DNA of 57,837 bases, the filler included, from Bipalium vagum (Eukaryota), in NCBI GenBank assembly GCA_037834085.1. It is 3 parts of 3 records of this genome, joined end to end, with 100 filler letters (N's around TTAATTAATTAA, not from the genome) between each part and the next. Parts side by side here need not be neighbours in the genome. Positions count along the whole stretch, not along the records: positions 17,754 to 36,942 come from JBBMKC010008045.1; positions 37,043 to 57,837 come from JBBMKC010246768.1; 1 more part is not named here. One strand, written 5' to 3'. The notes beneath the pieces are model-generated. The model searched no databases. It saw nothing but the letters and a program-made list of their open reading frames with translations, and was not told the DNA's origin. How positions within the stretch are numbered: position 1 is the first letter of the stretch; every line of letters begins with the position of its first letter. Position numbers and translations under genes: made by a program. Below, in pieces: positions 25,270 through 38,300 of this stretch.

Positions 25270-27590
25270 TTTTAGACGCACTATAAAAATTAGCATAGAC
25301 AAGAGAAAATAATAATATTACATTTTAATAATTATTTTATATCATTTATAAATGATTATTATTATAATTTTTTTGTAAATGAATAATATTAAGAAGTCAC
25401 CGTACAATAATTTTAGGTGCAACGTGAAAATTTTATTATAAGAAACATTTTAAAAGAATAATTGACATATACATATCTAACTAATAGTCTGTCGTGCTTC
25501 CTTTAGCACATCCGACTTTAAAAATTCGTTTTGACATTGACATAGCGAGATTTTCCAGCAATGATTTAGGAATCTTATCCCAACACTTAAAAATCGCTTT
25601 CTTAAAATGATCAACGTCATATACTGTTGGGTTAGCCAAGGACACATCCCTGCCAACCCTTGTAAAAGTAGAAGAAACCGCAATAGGGTTTATGTTGTTT
25701 ATTTTCAATTAATTATTAAGACCACAAGAGGATCAGGAATAAATTAATAATAATTAATTAAAAAGTACATCCTAATAAAAAGGGGCGATTAATTATTTCC
25801 AAAAACGATCTAATCTTGACAATGGCGAACCTAAATTGCCAATATTAGATCAGGATCCACAAAAAGGGACCGATTTAGAATTATCGGTCTAAAAAGGGAA
25901 TTGTTTATTTTTGATCGTCGGAAGACTATTGCCAGGAGGAGAACCATTGTCATTTGCTATTATCTGAAGATTGCTGTAATTCTTATTGATGCCCTTTATG
26001 CGACAGGAGCACACGACGGGTCCTGTGCGGTTAGTGGGTTTCTGAGCGGACCGGATTGGGCTCAGCTAACCACCCTTTGGATCTGTCGTCACAAGTGGTG
26101 AGCGTATCTGAATTTTTATTTATTCATTTTTTTGTGTTCTTTTTAATTAACCTTTACGTATATACACTCATTTGATCTGAACATTTAATTATTGATTATT
26201 ACTACTTGATTTTCAGTGTGATACATTTGTTTTTTCTTTAAAGACATTTGATTGCAGACATTTTACTGATTATTTGAAATATTGTTATTTTAGCAATAAA
26301 GTGTTGTTCATAGTTGTTTGATTCATTCAATTGCGTACACGTATAGGAACAAGTGAAGGGTCATTAACGTTCCGAGCTAAGGTTACGACAGGGTTCATAG
26401 TGAGTTAATATCGTAACAATACTGAGTCCCATTTGAATATACCATTCTTGTCAGATAGCCCCAAAGGTTTTCTATTGGAGAAAGATCATGTGATAAAGAA
26501 GGCCATGGTAAAACCTCGATGTTTCTGTCTTTTAGCCATTACATACTTGTTCGTGGAGTATGAGGTTTGGTTCCATCCTGCTGAAATATTGAATTGTCGC
26601 CACCAAATGCATTCTTAAATGGAAGGAAATGATTCTCCAAAACTTCTTGATATGCAAATTGATCCATGCTTTGAGAAATAAAGGCCAATGAAGATTACCC
26701 ATGATAATTGAAGCAGCCTCAAATCATAACCGATCCTCCGGAATGACGCTTTGAAAAAATAGATTATTCCTTTCTTAAATCATGCCAGTAAAACGAAAAA
26801 CCATCTGGTCCATCTTTTTCAAAAAAAATCTTTTTTCATCACTCCAGACGATTCTTTTCCATTCTTCATTATAGCAAGCTTTCTATTCTGCCCATTTCAG
26901 TCTTCGTTTCTTATGCTCCGAGGTAAGAACCGGTTTTTTCTTCATATGTCGTAATGAAATGTTCGAATTTTCAGTCAATACTGTTCTTATTGACTCTCGA
27001 CATATGTCTAAGTTTAAATTACACTTAATCTGAGCTCGCTTCATTGATTATTCTTCTTTTTAGTCTATCATTAATCTTAACTTTTGGACATCTTTTTCCC
27101 TGTATTGACATCATTAAAGTTTTACTCTTCAAATATGCTCTGATGGAATGTTCGGATCGGTTAATTTTCTTTACAATGGTCCTATTTAAAAGATTTTCAC
27201 TATGAAAAGCGTCTATTTTACCTTTTTCATAATCTGATAGCGACTTTTTTTTTCCCATGTTTACACTTCTTAGTTATTTTAAGCTATGTGGTTATTATCT
27301 TTGAAAACTTTAATTACCTTAATAAATATTTTATCCGACTCTTTGGAAATGGATAATATCTAAAACAAATAAAGTTACATTAAATGCGTCTAAAAATACT
27401 AGACACCTTATTTTCCTTATTCTGGCTTTGAATTTAATTTTCTTTAAATATATTAATTTAAAATCTTTAAACAATTCGTTAATTTTATTTACTAATATTA
27501 AATATTACGAAATTAATAAATAGACTACGTAACCTATTGTGCTTTGATAAAAAATATTTTTATTTAAGTGCGCCTAAATTTATTAGACGT
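25270..27590 (-). mobile_element. Tc1/Tc3-like transposon interrupted by a solo LTR
   Basis: N-terminal MGKKKSLSDYEKGKIDAF HTH (27258-27025), WSDEKRF, PIENLWG and C-terminal LKKAI-like segment (25620-25481); GTGCG(T/C)CTAAA repeats at both ends. Confidence 0.85.
25625..26418 (+). mobile_element. Solo LTR (794 bp), gypsy-like; strand inferred only from AATAAA near the right end
   Basis: Starts TGTT and ends AACA; flanked by the 4-bp direct repeat ATAC (25621-24, 26419-22); splits the Tc1 transposase between SNGTQY and DVDHFKKAI. Confidence 0.8.
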
Positions 27591-28292
27591 ATAAAACCAC
27601 AGAGAATTTCACAGAAAGTCCGAAGTTTGATCAGCTCCACGAAGACAATTGTCACGCTGTCGATGAAGAGTCTCCGTAATCAATTATTCATACAAAATTT
27701 GTCTGTTTATAGCTTTAAAAATGAATTTTAAAAAATTAAAAATTAATTAAACTAGAAGAGTTCATGAAGGTCATTCGTCACGGGACTTGACTGAAATACG
27801 TTTTACATATTTTTAGTTGCAAGATATTTTATTGATGACACATTTCAATGATTTACGTAAACTTTTTATGAAATAAAATTTTTTTTTTGAATATAATTTA
27901 AATTTAATAAAATTTTGAACCGTTCCCAAAAACGAACATCGTGAAATTTTAATAATTAGTATTCGTATTAGTGGTACTTTCAGTTTATTATAAATTATTC
28001 GATTTCCTGTCTGATTCTTCATTAAAGCCTTTAGACCTGAATATACTTTAAGTAATTATTGTTAAGAACATTTTAAAAACAATATTTGAATGATTTTGAT
28101 TTGATTTATGCGCACAGAAATGGTGACAGACTAAATTATTTCAAAAAAACAGTGTTATAACTTATAAGACTTAAAAAATTATGTGCACAATTCTACACAA
28201 GGAGTCTGTATGGGTTTTAAACTAAAATAATTTACTGTGTATTTCTGATATTTACAAAATTTCTCTTGGATATCATCATTTATTATCTTCAG

Positions 28293-31073
28293 ATCAATAT
28301 TTCCAAAGTTGAACTTAATAATACAAAATATATCCACGGAATTCGTATTCGTTTTAGAATATTCAAAGATGAAAAGTCTTACGAAACTGAATTGTATAAA
28401 AATACGAATATCGTTACTACAAATTATAACAAGGTGATCTCCTTTGCCAGAATATCCCAGGACCACTTGGATTATTTTGAAAATGGATATATCACTTTCA
28501 GAGTGTACGTTAATCAAGAAGAATCGGTTCTAAAAGTAACTATTTTTTTATTATATCATTATTACTAGCCTGCACTCCAGCCTAACAAAACGGAATTACG
28601 TCAGACCTTTAATGGGAGAAAAATTGATAATCGCCGACTCTCAGTTATTCCTGTCGTGGAATCATTAGAGGAAATTAGCAAATTTAAATCTGATTTGACT
28701 ATTATTAGTAAGAAGTTAGAGCGATTGGAAAAGAAGGACAGGATGTTGAAAGTATCTTATTTATTATTGCACGAACAAATCAACAGAGATACATGTTTCA
28801 GGCCCTGTGCAAAGATTTCAAAACCCCTACCAATGAAAATTACGAAGACTTTTATAAATCGATAAATGCTATTCTTTTTGGTGGAGAAAACCTGAAATTC
28901 AAGACAGATGGTTATGTTATCGGCAGTGTAATTTTTCAGCTTTCTTCAAATTTGAGATCTGCCTCCCTTCCATTTTCATTTTTTATGAGTAGAAATAATT
29001 GGAAAAGATAAAAGGAGACCAGGAAGAAAATTTTTTTTATTAATAACTAAAGATAAGCATCAATTTCTAACTAAAAGAAAAAAATAAATATTTCCAATTA
29101 AAATTGATTTTATTCTCAACTTTTTCAGGAATCTTCCAAAACTTGTTTAAATGAACCATGAGCTCCAAAAGGATATATACACACCTGGACAAAAAAATGA
29201 GGCTTACATAATTTATATCATATATTATGACAACATTTATTTAAACAATTTTACAAAAATTTTCAAACAATATATCATTAACTAAATAAAAAATATATAA
29301 AAGAGAATATATTTGCATTTGACCTATTTAAGCAATATGAGCCGTTTGGGTAGGCTATATGATAGTCTCTGCCAATGTTCTGTATTAATGATTTTCCATT
29401 CTTTCTCGACTGCTTTCCCCAGTTGTTCAGGAGTATTGAAAAATTTCCCGACTATTACCTTTTTTTACCTTTATGTATGCCAATATATTCTCAATGGGAT
29501 TAAGATTTGGCGATTGTCCAGGCCAAAAAGTAACCAGTGCAGCTTTTTTCTTCAACCACGCTTTTGTTGTTTTTGCTGTGTGCGCCGGTGCATTGTCATG
29601 TTGGAAAATAACATATGGTCTTTCATTTTCCGTGCATAACTTCTCGATGCTTAGAAGCAAACCAATATCTAATATCCTTTGGTACTCTTTGGAATTAATT
29701 GACCCAGTACATCGTATAAGCTCACCAACTCCAGATGCTGAGAATATTCCCCAAACCATAATTTCCCCAGTGCCATGTTTTTTTGAGGTGGAAATACATT
29801 CCATTAAATATTTTTCAGCTGCTCATCACAGTGAAGTTCAAATCAACATTCATCACTCCAGAACACATATTGGAACCAATGAGAATCAATCTGTCTTTAA
29901 TATTCTTTTTTGAATAAAATGGTTTCCTTGCACAACGCATAGATGCAAACCCCAAATCTTTGAGTCGTCTTGCTATTGTTTTCCGAGAAACTGTTTCATT
30001 ATTTCCATTTTTGAATTCCTCAGCTAATTTTGTAATAGTTTTCTTACGATCTTTAATGACCTGAATTTCAGTCTATGGTTATCTCGACTTGTAGTTTTTC
30101 TGGATCTGCCTGAGCCTGGTTTTCTTTTTTACAGAACCTGTTGTCTTGAACTGGTAGCCAATTATTTGTATTGTGGATAATGGAATTTGAATACCATGCT
30201 TCTTCAAAATATTCTGCATTTCAGGATATGACAGTTTTGTGAAACAAAGGCCACATATCAGATTTTTATTTCGACATTTAAATGTGTCTTAGTCATTTTA
30301 TTTATAACTTGAATTATTAAAACAAACAGAACAAAAACACCAAATTACATACATATTACGCGCAATAGCTTAAATATTAAAAATGTAATAAATGTCAACC
30401 AATTAAAACATTTTTATAAAACTGTTTTATTTTGTTTAAGCCTCATTTTTTTGTCCAGCTGTGTATATATCTGGCCCGTTTTATGAGGTAAGTTACAAAA
30501 TTATCAGACCACCTTGGGAAAATCTCGAGTTTTCTGAACGAAAAAAATGATGAATGGAAACATGTGCAACACAGATGAATGGTACTTTATTCAGAAGTAT
30601 GACACTAATGTGCTATCAACGAATAAAAATTGAAAACAGTCAGCAATGTAGAAAATGCAAAGAAAGAAGAAACCGCCGCACACATTCGATGTGGTGAGAA
30701 CTACATAATACCCATTTTACGAAAAATGCATGATGAAATGTTTGATATTCTGATTTATTTTTTATCTGACCTTAAATGAGAAAGATATATTCATTTTAAA
30801 TAAAATTGATTAATTTAAACAATCGATTAATACTTTTCGGTTTACAACGATTACCTTAAACGGGAAAATATGTAAATTATTAACACAAAAACCGAATGGT
30901 AGAATATTGAACCAATTTCAAATATTAAACATGGCAATATTATTGATTACAAATTTCATGCTTGACAAGCCAGTAAAACATGCATTACATAAAGTAATAA
31001 ATTTGGGAATAATTCATCAGACTTTCCGAAATCTCATAGTTTAATAATTCAGATCTACATTAGTTTATTGCTT

Positions 31074-31129
<56 letters not shown>

Positions 31130-31974
31130 GTCATGACGTATTATTATGCAAGATGAAAACCAGAAATTTTGTGTATTTGAACAAGAAAAAATAATATTAA
31201 CATAAGAATCTTATCCGTTTTTTCAATTCCTTTCGTGAGTATTTATAAATTATCGTTTAACTATGTAGTAATAATATTCTAATTCATAATATTATATCCG
31301 TTCGATGTTCTTCATTTGTAAGACTGTCTTCTTCAGTCAATAAAACAAATAAAAAATATTTTTATATTTCACTCGGTTCTTTCATATATTTTTAAGTAGG
31401 AGAATAAAATGTTTAGCATGAAATAATTGTCTGAAACTAAAACGGAGAAAATAGAAAAAATCAAAATACGTTATATTTCTCTTTTGAAAATTATTTTATT
31501 AAAAAACGTAAATGTTGGTAAAAAAATTATCTGTAAATTTCATTGCAAGGAAAAGTCTTCGAACATTATTATGTTTTCCGCTTATATCCATTATATATAA
31601 TATTTAAAGCTCTTGTTGAATTAATATTGTCCCATTTGCTTACATTTGGTTTATTTATTCAGATGTTGAATAGTTCCAATAATCATTCAGGAAAATCCAA
31701 AGAATGTGAAATGAAATCCAATGATAAAGAAAATAAAAATGCTATGAGCAACAATAATAATCATATTAATAATAATAATGATAATAATAATAATAACAAT
31801 ACTACCAATAATGGTCATAATAATAATAATAATAATAATAATAATAGTTTCAAGCCCAAGACTTGTTTAAATGAGCCCCTGTTAGAAGAGGATGAGCAGG
31901 CGGAGAACGAAAGTCGCAGCGGATCTTCTATATTCAATGAAGCGAATACTAGCAAGACTTGCACGGTCATGTAA
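28293..31974 (+). CDS. C-terminal four exons of a KIF28/KLP-6-like kinesin-3 protein ending in CaaX (CTVM); motor exons not found
   Basis: Exons 28293-28535, 28569(or 28581)-28751, 28802-28927, 31663-31974; all phase 0 and open. C2-like segment ...ISQDHLDYFENGYITFRVYVNQE, coiled coil, Asn-rich tail and SKTCTVM*. Confidence 0.65.
29180..30463 (-). mobile_element. Near full-length Tc1 element (1.28 kb) in the last intron of the kinesin-like gene
   Basis: TIRs CACA(C/G)CTGGACAAAAAAATGAGGCTTA at both ends with TA TSD; KHGTGEIMVWG, FQHDNAPAHT and WPGQSPNLNPIEN motifs; frameshifted. Confidence 0.92.
30466..30960 (+). mobile_element. 3' remnant of an RLE-type non-LTR retrotransposon
   Basis: Degenerate CRKC...EETAAHI..G...HD zinc-knuckle/RLE signature. 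Confidence 0.5.
31074..31126. repeat. (AAT)n microsatellite
   Basis: Direct reading. Confidence 0.95.
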
Positions 31975-32298
31975 GTAGAAAGTCAAGGCGGCTTTAATTT
32001 CCAAAAAATACTTTACAGACTTTTACTGATAAAGATTTAGTAATTGACGAAATATCATATTTATTTATTTTTTGCGTTCACTACTTCATATTTTTCTACA
32101 ATACATAAAACTTTTTGCACGCCTTTCTGGTATTGTGTCCCATTATATATTTTGAAAGCCAAAATAATTTATTACTATAGTCAATATATTATTATTATAA
32201 TCAAAGTAATATATTACTATAATCAATATAACATTAATTTAATCAATATATTATTATTATAATCAATATAATATTATTATCATAAAAATAACATATTA

Positions 32299-33570
32299 TT
32301 AGGTGTCCAAATAAGTTCTTGCCGATTTTTTAAAAAAAAGTAAAAGTCAATATTTTTAATTTTAGATATATATTTATTAATCAAAATATGATCCATGACA
32401 TCGTATGACTTTGTCCCAACGGTCTTGCAACTTGATAATGCCATTTTCATTAAAATCTTTTTTCTACTGAGGAAGAAATTGGACACTTCCATTTTTTAAT
32501 CCATTTCATTTGTGAACTTCTTTCCTCCCAAATGATTATCAAGATTAAGAAATAAGTAGAATTCTGTAGGCTAGAGATCAGGGGAATATGGTGGATGCCA
32601 CATGATCTCCCACCCAAGTTGCGATATTTTGTCAAGATTTTTCTTGCCACATGCGGCCGAGCATTGTCTTGAAGAAATAGAATCTTTTTTCTGTTCACTA
32701 ATGCCGGCTGTTTTTCTAATAGTTTTTGGTAAACTTTTTCTAATTGAGAACAATAGATTTCAGAGGTTTTTTGTTTCTTTCGGTTTTAGGAACTCTTGAT
32801 GAATAATTCCTTCACAAGTCCACCAAACGCACAGTAAAAGCTTTTCTTGAAATAGTACATCCTTTGGAACTTGTGGCAAGAAATCCGTAGGAGATAACCA
32901 ATGATGTTTTCTCTTTTGTTTAGAATACATAATCTACTTTTCATCCCATGTCAGTATTCTACTGAAAATGGCTTTAGCTTTAACCGACTGAGATGAGAAG
33001 AGCATATTGTCAGTCGATGAAATCTATTCTCTGGTGTTAGATCATGTGGAACCCATTTGCTTAACTTCCATCTCTTTCCAATCTGATGCATATGCAATCT
33101 GATTGTTTCTTCGGAACATTAAATATCAAACCAAGTTCTTTACATGTTTGACTTGAATCTGATTCGATTGCCTTTCTCAAATCATCATTGCTCATATGAA
33201 TGGGCCTCCCAGATCTGGTAACAGCTTCCAGATTTTCATCACCGGAACTAAACTTCTCAAACCAAATAACGAGCAGTTCTATCCTTTAATGCACCTTCTC
33301 CAAATGCCGTAAAACTTTTTCGACTAGCTTCTGAGGCATTGGACCCAAGATTAAACTCATAGAGTAAGCAGGAACGAATGATTGAATTCTTGTTCGCCAT
33401 TTTGACTGCTGAAAAACTTTAAATATGACTTAATGATATTTGAAAAATTAAATTACGTGCTTGATTGAATTTAATCTGATAAAAAAAATTGATTTTCTGA
33501 GTAATAATAATAAAATATTTCATGAAACGTCAATTTAATAACATCAGTAAGAACTTATTTGGACACCTAA
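32299..33570 (-). mobile_element. Full-length but inactivated mariner element (1272 bp)
   Basis: TIRs TTAGGTGTCCAAATAAGTTCTT at both ends with TA TSD; MANKNSIIRSCLLYEFNLG, WVPHDL, LQDNARPH and HPPYSPDL motifs with frameshifts; inserted in a TATTATTATAATCAATA minisatellite. Confidence 0.95.
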
Positions 33571-35863
33571 TATTATCATCAATATAATAATATTGTCCTA
33601 AATTCTTCAGGGTTGACATATGTTTATTTTTTTTAAAAAAAGATCGATAAAGACAAAGTGAAATTCTGATTTATCATCTTAGATCCATCTGATGATGGTC
33701 TCAGTCTTGGCGTTGTGGTTTGAAGGTCTTAACAATATTTAATAACATTATAATAACTATCAGGGGACATCTTTATTATTATGAGAATACAATATTGTAG
33801 AATTAGAATACCCGATAACCTTCATATATAATATCTTTAAGTATCATCTCTTATACGTTTATTGCACCGTAATTTTATTTTATTTGGATTAATGATTGAA
33901 AATAGAAACAGGAGAATGCCATGTTACCTTTATCTTCTACTATTTGTAAGCACTCCTTTCTAATGAGGTTTTTCCTTGACTCAAAAGACTAATGGTTATA
34001 TTTACTACGTACACATAAATCTGATGGGACCGCCTTCAAACGGATAAACTATTTGACTTTTATACGTAAATTATTTCCTCTGAAGATTTCAAAAACAATA
34101 GGGAAATGTAGAACCTTTTAACAGTATCCTGTGTAACTGTACAAATACTTTTAGTTTCCATATCTTACCACTGCTTGCACAAGGGTAGAGATTTATAAAT
34201 GTCATTATCAATTTGATTCTTCAATACTTTCCCATAGCACTGTGATTGCCTTTGAAAAACAAGATTACAAACCATGCATCACGATTTAATTTACAACAGA
34301 CCTTATTTTTATAAGAAAAATCGACTTTTGAAATCATTTTTACATCATTAATAGACCAATAAGTTAAAGAAATTATGGACACCATTTTTGAACGAATGTC
34401 ATTTGTGAACTGCTCCCTCAGAATGCACTTAATTTTTAGAATGATCCTCTTCATATTTTATGGTTTAATAATAAAGTTGAACAAATTTTTATTTAGTAGA
34501 ACCATTATCATGAAAGCATGCGTGGAAGTCATTTTGATTAAATAAGAATATTTATATAAAACAATCTACATTCTAGGTACAAACAATTGTAATCTTCCAA
34601 GAAGAAAGTAACACGTATATGGTTAAATATCACAAATAATCAATATAAAACATGACAAAATTTGTGTTCAAACATCACTTAAGGATAGTCCTAAAAATAT
34701 TAGGTTATTTAAAAATTAATGTTGGTCTTTACAAATCTCATTTAGGGTTTGTTCAAAATGTTTAATGATAGAGATAAGACACTTGAAAATGAGGAAGGCC
34801 GATTGAATCCTCGAAAAACATTTTCAGATCTTGCAGGTCGTTTTCGGGTGGACTGCAGGTTTCCATTCGTATTGATCTGACTTTATCTTGGCGTGGAGAT
34901 AGAGTTTGATTAATTAGGAAAAACAGCCGTCTCTTAGCGTAGGGATTTTTGATCGTAGACCAATCCCTGCGACCATATAAAGAGACGGATATTCCCATCA
35001 ATTTGCCCAAAAACTACAAATTCAGAACAAACTAAAAGACGACGCAAGTAATATATCAGGTTTTTCCTCCTAGTGGGGATGACAACGCAGAAAAATAATT
35101 AATTAAATTAGGTGACATTACCAAGAAAATAAAAACAACTCTTTTATCAGTAATATTTTTTTGTGACTTAGGAAAAATCTTTTCATAGTCCGGAGATAAT
35201 TAAACAGGTTTACATTTATATCATACATATCACTAAAAATAAAACATTAAAATTACCATGGATTGTGTAATAGCCACATGAACTTTTTATGATGCTTCTT
35301 CTCCGAGATTCAACAATTATTTCTCAGAATATGGAATAAGGATTGAATCTGATGGAATATTGATCTCTCATCTAAAGTGTCGGCTAAAATTTTCTGTTAA
35401 AGCAGGTCATCCTGAGAACAAAAACGCGTGGTTTCTCCTTTCAGATTTCCAAGTTGAAATAGACAAAAGATAATTTTACAAAAAGACAATATATCTATAC
35501 CTATTTTAAGACCGTTTAAATAAGTATTCTAGAAAACCATTTTTTATTAAAGCTTTTTCCGGTTGTTATAATTTACCAAACTTTTTCTATAAATTTCCAT
35601 TTTTCTCAAGATTATTATCTGTTTTTTAAAATAATCTTTGGTACTTTTTTGATTTTATCGTTTCCAAAGTTTTAGTTTTAATCATTAGACTGGTGCAAAA
35701 TTAATCTCACTTTTTATTTTATAACTTAACAAATTTTAAAGTATATGTTGTTCAGAATATACCTATGTTTTAGTATCATTCGAAAGTTTAAATTTAATTA
35801 AGTATTGTTAGGTTTTGACCTAAAAAGATAATATAATATGAAAATGAAAATGGTTATTAATCG

Positions 35864-36410
35864 GGTTAAGAATATCGATAGTGGACTTTTTAGGAACTTA
35901 ACATAAACTTTATGCAAATTCAGAATGATTTACTGCGCAAACTTTCGAAGTTAAAATTTGAGTGACAATAAAAATGTTGATTACTAAACTTTAACCTTTT
36001 AAACTTTTAAACAGATATCGATTGTAAAACCTTTTAACTTTTAAAACAATAAACTTTTTAAACGATAAACTTTTAATCGATCAACTGAGGCTAACAAGTT
36101 GTTTTATAAAACATATTTTTATATAAATCTAACAACTTTATTTATTAATACAATTTTACTTTGAAGTTAAAACCCGAGATAAAGAGTTAATAGAAAAGTC
36201 AGATCACCCTTCGGTATCTTACTCTCAAGAGCCCTCAGATAAAAATTCGGTTCTCCGTCCTACTTGACGTGAAGAACACAAAAAAAGAAAATACTGGGAA
36301 GTCAGTAAAAAGATAACAATTATTTGATCCTAAGGTATTGAAGTAGCTGTCCAATCCTTAGTATTTATTAAATTTAATTAATAACTTATAATTCGTAATC
36401 GAATTATAGT
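35864..36410 (-). repeat. Dispersed repeat (copy B), inverted copy of 1-530
   Basis: Colinear reverse complement of 1-530 with scattered substitutions and one short indel. Confidence 0.9.
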
Positions 36411-36942
36411 TTTTTAATTTTTATTACCATGTTTTATTTGGGTATCGGTTCAATTATTTTTTATTCATTTAATTTATTAATAATAAAAGTCTATTTAGAT
36501 TTGTAATTAAATCTAATAAACTTATTGTAATAAAATAAATTACTAAAGGTTGTTTCTCCTTGAATGCTGGATCCTGAGATGGATGATTATTGTTTGTAGA
36601 TTTCTCTCGTAGAGTTCCGAATTTACTCTGAATATTATTCCGAATTAGGTTGAGAATTGTTCCGAATATGACTGAGAATTGCTATAAATATGGCTCTGAA
36701 AAAAATCTCATTTTCTCTGGAGTTCTTCCGATTTTCTTCTTGACCGCTTGATTGCTTAAAACTGTTTTTCGTATTTATTTTGTGTCTATTGTTTGTGTGT
36801 CTTGATAATTTTTTTTTATTTTTTAATACAGTAACTTTATGTTACTATTTTTAGAATTTACCTAAAAAAATTTTACTATAAATTTATTTATAGTAACATT
36901 GATTAAAATTTTTATTGAAAAAATTATTTATAGTAACTTTAT

Positions 36943-37042
36943 NNNNNNNNNNNNNNNNNNNNNNNNNNNNNNNNNNNNNNNNNNNNTTAATTAATTAANN
37001 NNNNNNNNNNNNNNNNNNNNNNNNNNNNNNNNNNNNNNNNNN
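36943..37042. other. Scaffold gap with artificial linker
   Basis: N44-TTAATTAATTAA-N44. Confidence 0.97.
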
Positions 37043-37560
37043 ACGGAGCCCCATGCCATAAATCAGGATTGGTATCATCATTCTTGGATAAGTCAAAAAT
37101 ATGTGCAATTAGTGACTGGTCGGCTCAGTCACCATATCTAAATGTAATTGAGTCATTGTGGGCTGATCTGAAAGCCAGAGTTGCTAGCTGTAGACCTACC
37201 AATATTGAGGCACTTTGGAAGATTTCGGAGGAGCAGTGGGCAATGATTCCGTTTTTTAACATAAAAAAACCTGTATGAAAGCATGCCAAGAAGGATTGAG
37301 GAGGTAATAAAAATTAAAGGCATGAATAAGATATTAATTTATACCTGTTGAAGTTGACTTCCTATTGAAATGTGTAAAAAAGATGTAAATCTTAATAAAA
37401 AATGTATCTTTGTCTTACAATCTTGTATTCAAAATAACTAAGAAAATCATCATCTTTATTATCAATTATTTAAATTTTAATTTCAGAAATATTTCTTGTA
37501 ATTAAGATGATAAATTCAAAAATTTGGTCTCTTAATTATTCTTCTTCTTTTAACAGTATT
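37043..37560 (+). mobile_element. Tc1 element, 3' part (truncated by the gap)
   Basis: GAPCHKS...DWSAQSPYLNVIESLWADLK...SMPRRIEEVIK. Confidence 0.85.
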
Positions 37561-37577
37561 TGACAGAAAATCACAAA

Positions 37578-38300
37578 TACAATCGAACCTCTTTATAAAA
37601 CCACCTCCATATAACTTTTAAATATATATAAATAGATTTTAACAAAAATACATCTATAGAAAGTCACTTCTCTACAACGCCAAATCTCTAACGTCAATTT
37701 TAGACCTTAAATTTTATATCATTTATTTTAAAATTACCTCAGTATAAATCAATTTAAACATTAAAAAATTGATTAAATAATGAAATAATAAATCATTAAG
37801 CGGCCATTTAAATGAAGCCTGATAAATCTAAATGATGCAAGCTAACAATACAAAAAAATAAATAAATGCTTAAATTTGAGGACCAGAATATTAGTCTAAG
37901 TGAACTAGAGAAATACCTCCAATACAAAAGCATGGATGACGGCCAATTTGGCTAATGAACAACCGATAGAAAGATCTTACTATTTGTTGATAATTGCAGT
38001 GATCAACTAACCAGTATACAATTGGGTAATATAGACTTGTGATTTTTTATGCCAAATACAATTAATGAAGCACAGCCAATGGATAAAGTAATTAAAAAAT
38101 CACGACCTGCGTGTTACGAAATTTTCATAGTAGTATAAGGCGTAACAAAATAATTAAAATAAATTATTTACTTTAATGAAAACTCACAAGACTTGACCAA
38201 AATAAATAAACATTCATATAAACAGCTGGAATAAAAGACTGGAAGTAGTTCCAGAATTATAGACTTTTTCAATCAAGAAAATTTTATCTGAATTAATATA
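37578..38300 (+). mobile_element. pogo/Tigger-like remnant
   Basis: TIR-like TACAATCGAACCTC; AWMT, LLFVDNCS and MPNT...QPMD (DDE_1) motifs. Confidence 0.65.

Noticed and set aside
27760-27806. Penelope-type minimal hammerhead lookalike (TTCATGAAGGTCA...TGACTGAAATACGT)
   Set aside because: Two core mismatches, no convincing stem I, and no adjacent Penelope ORF.
34825-34855. FSDLAG as the kinesin motor DLAG motif (missing motor domain?)
   Set aside because: Not followed by SE, no other motor motifs, and it lies downstream of the tail exons.
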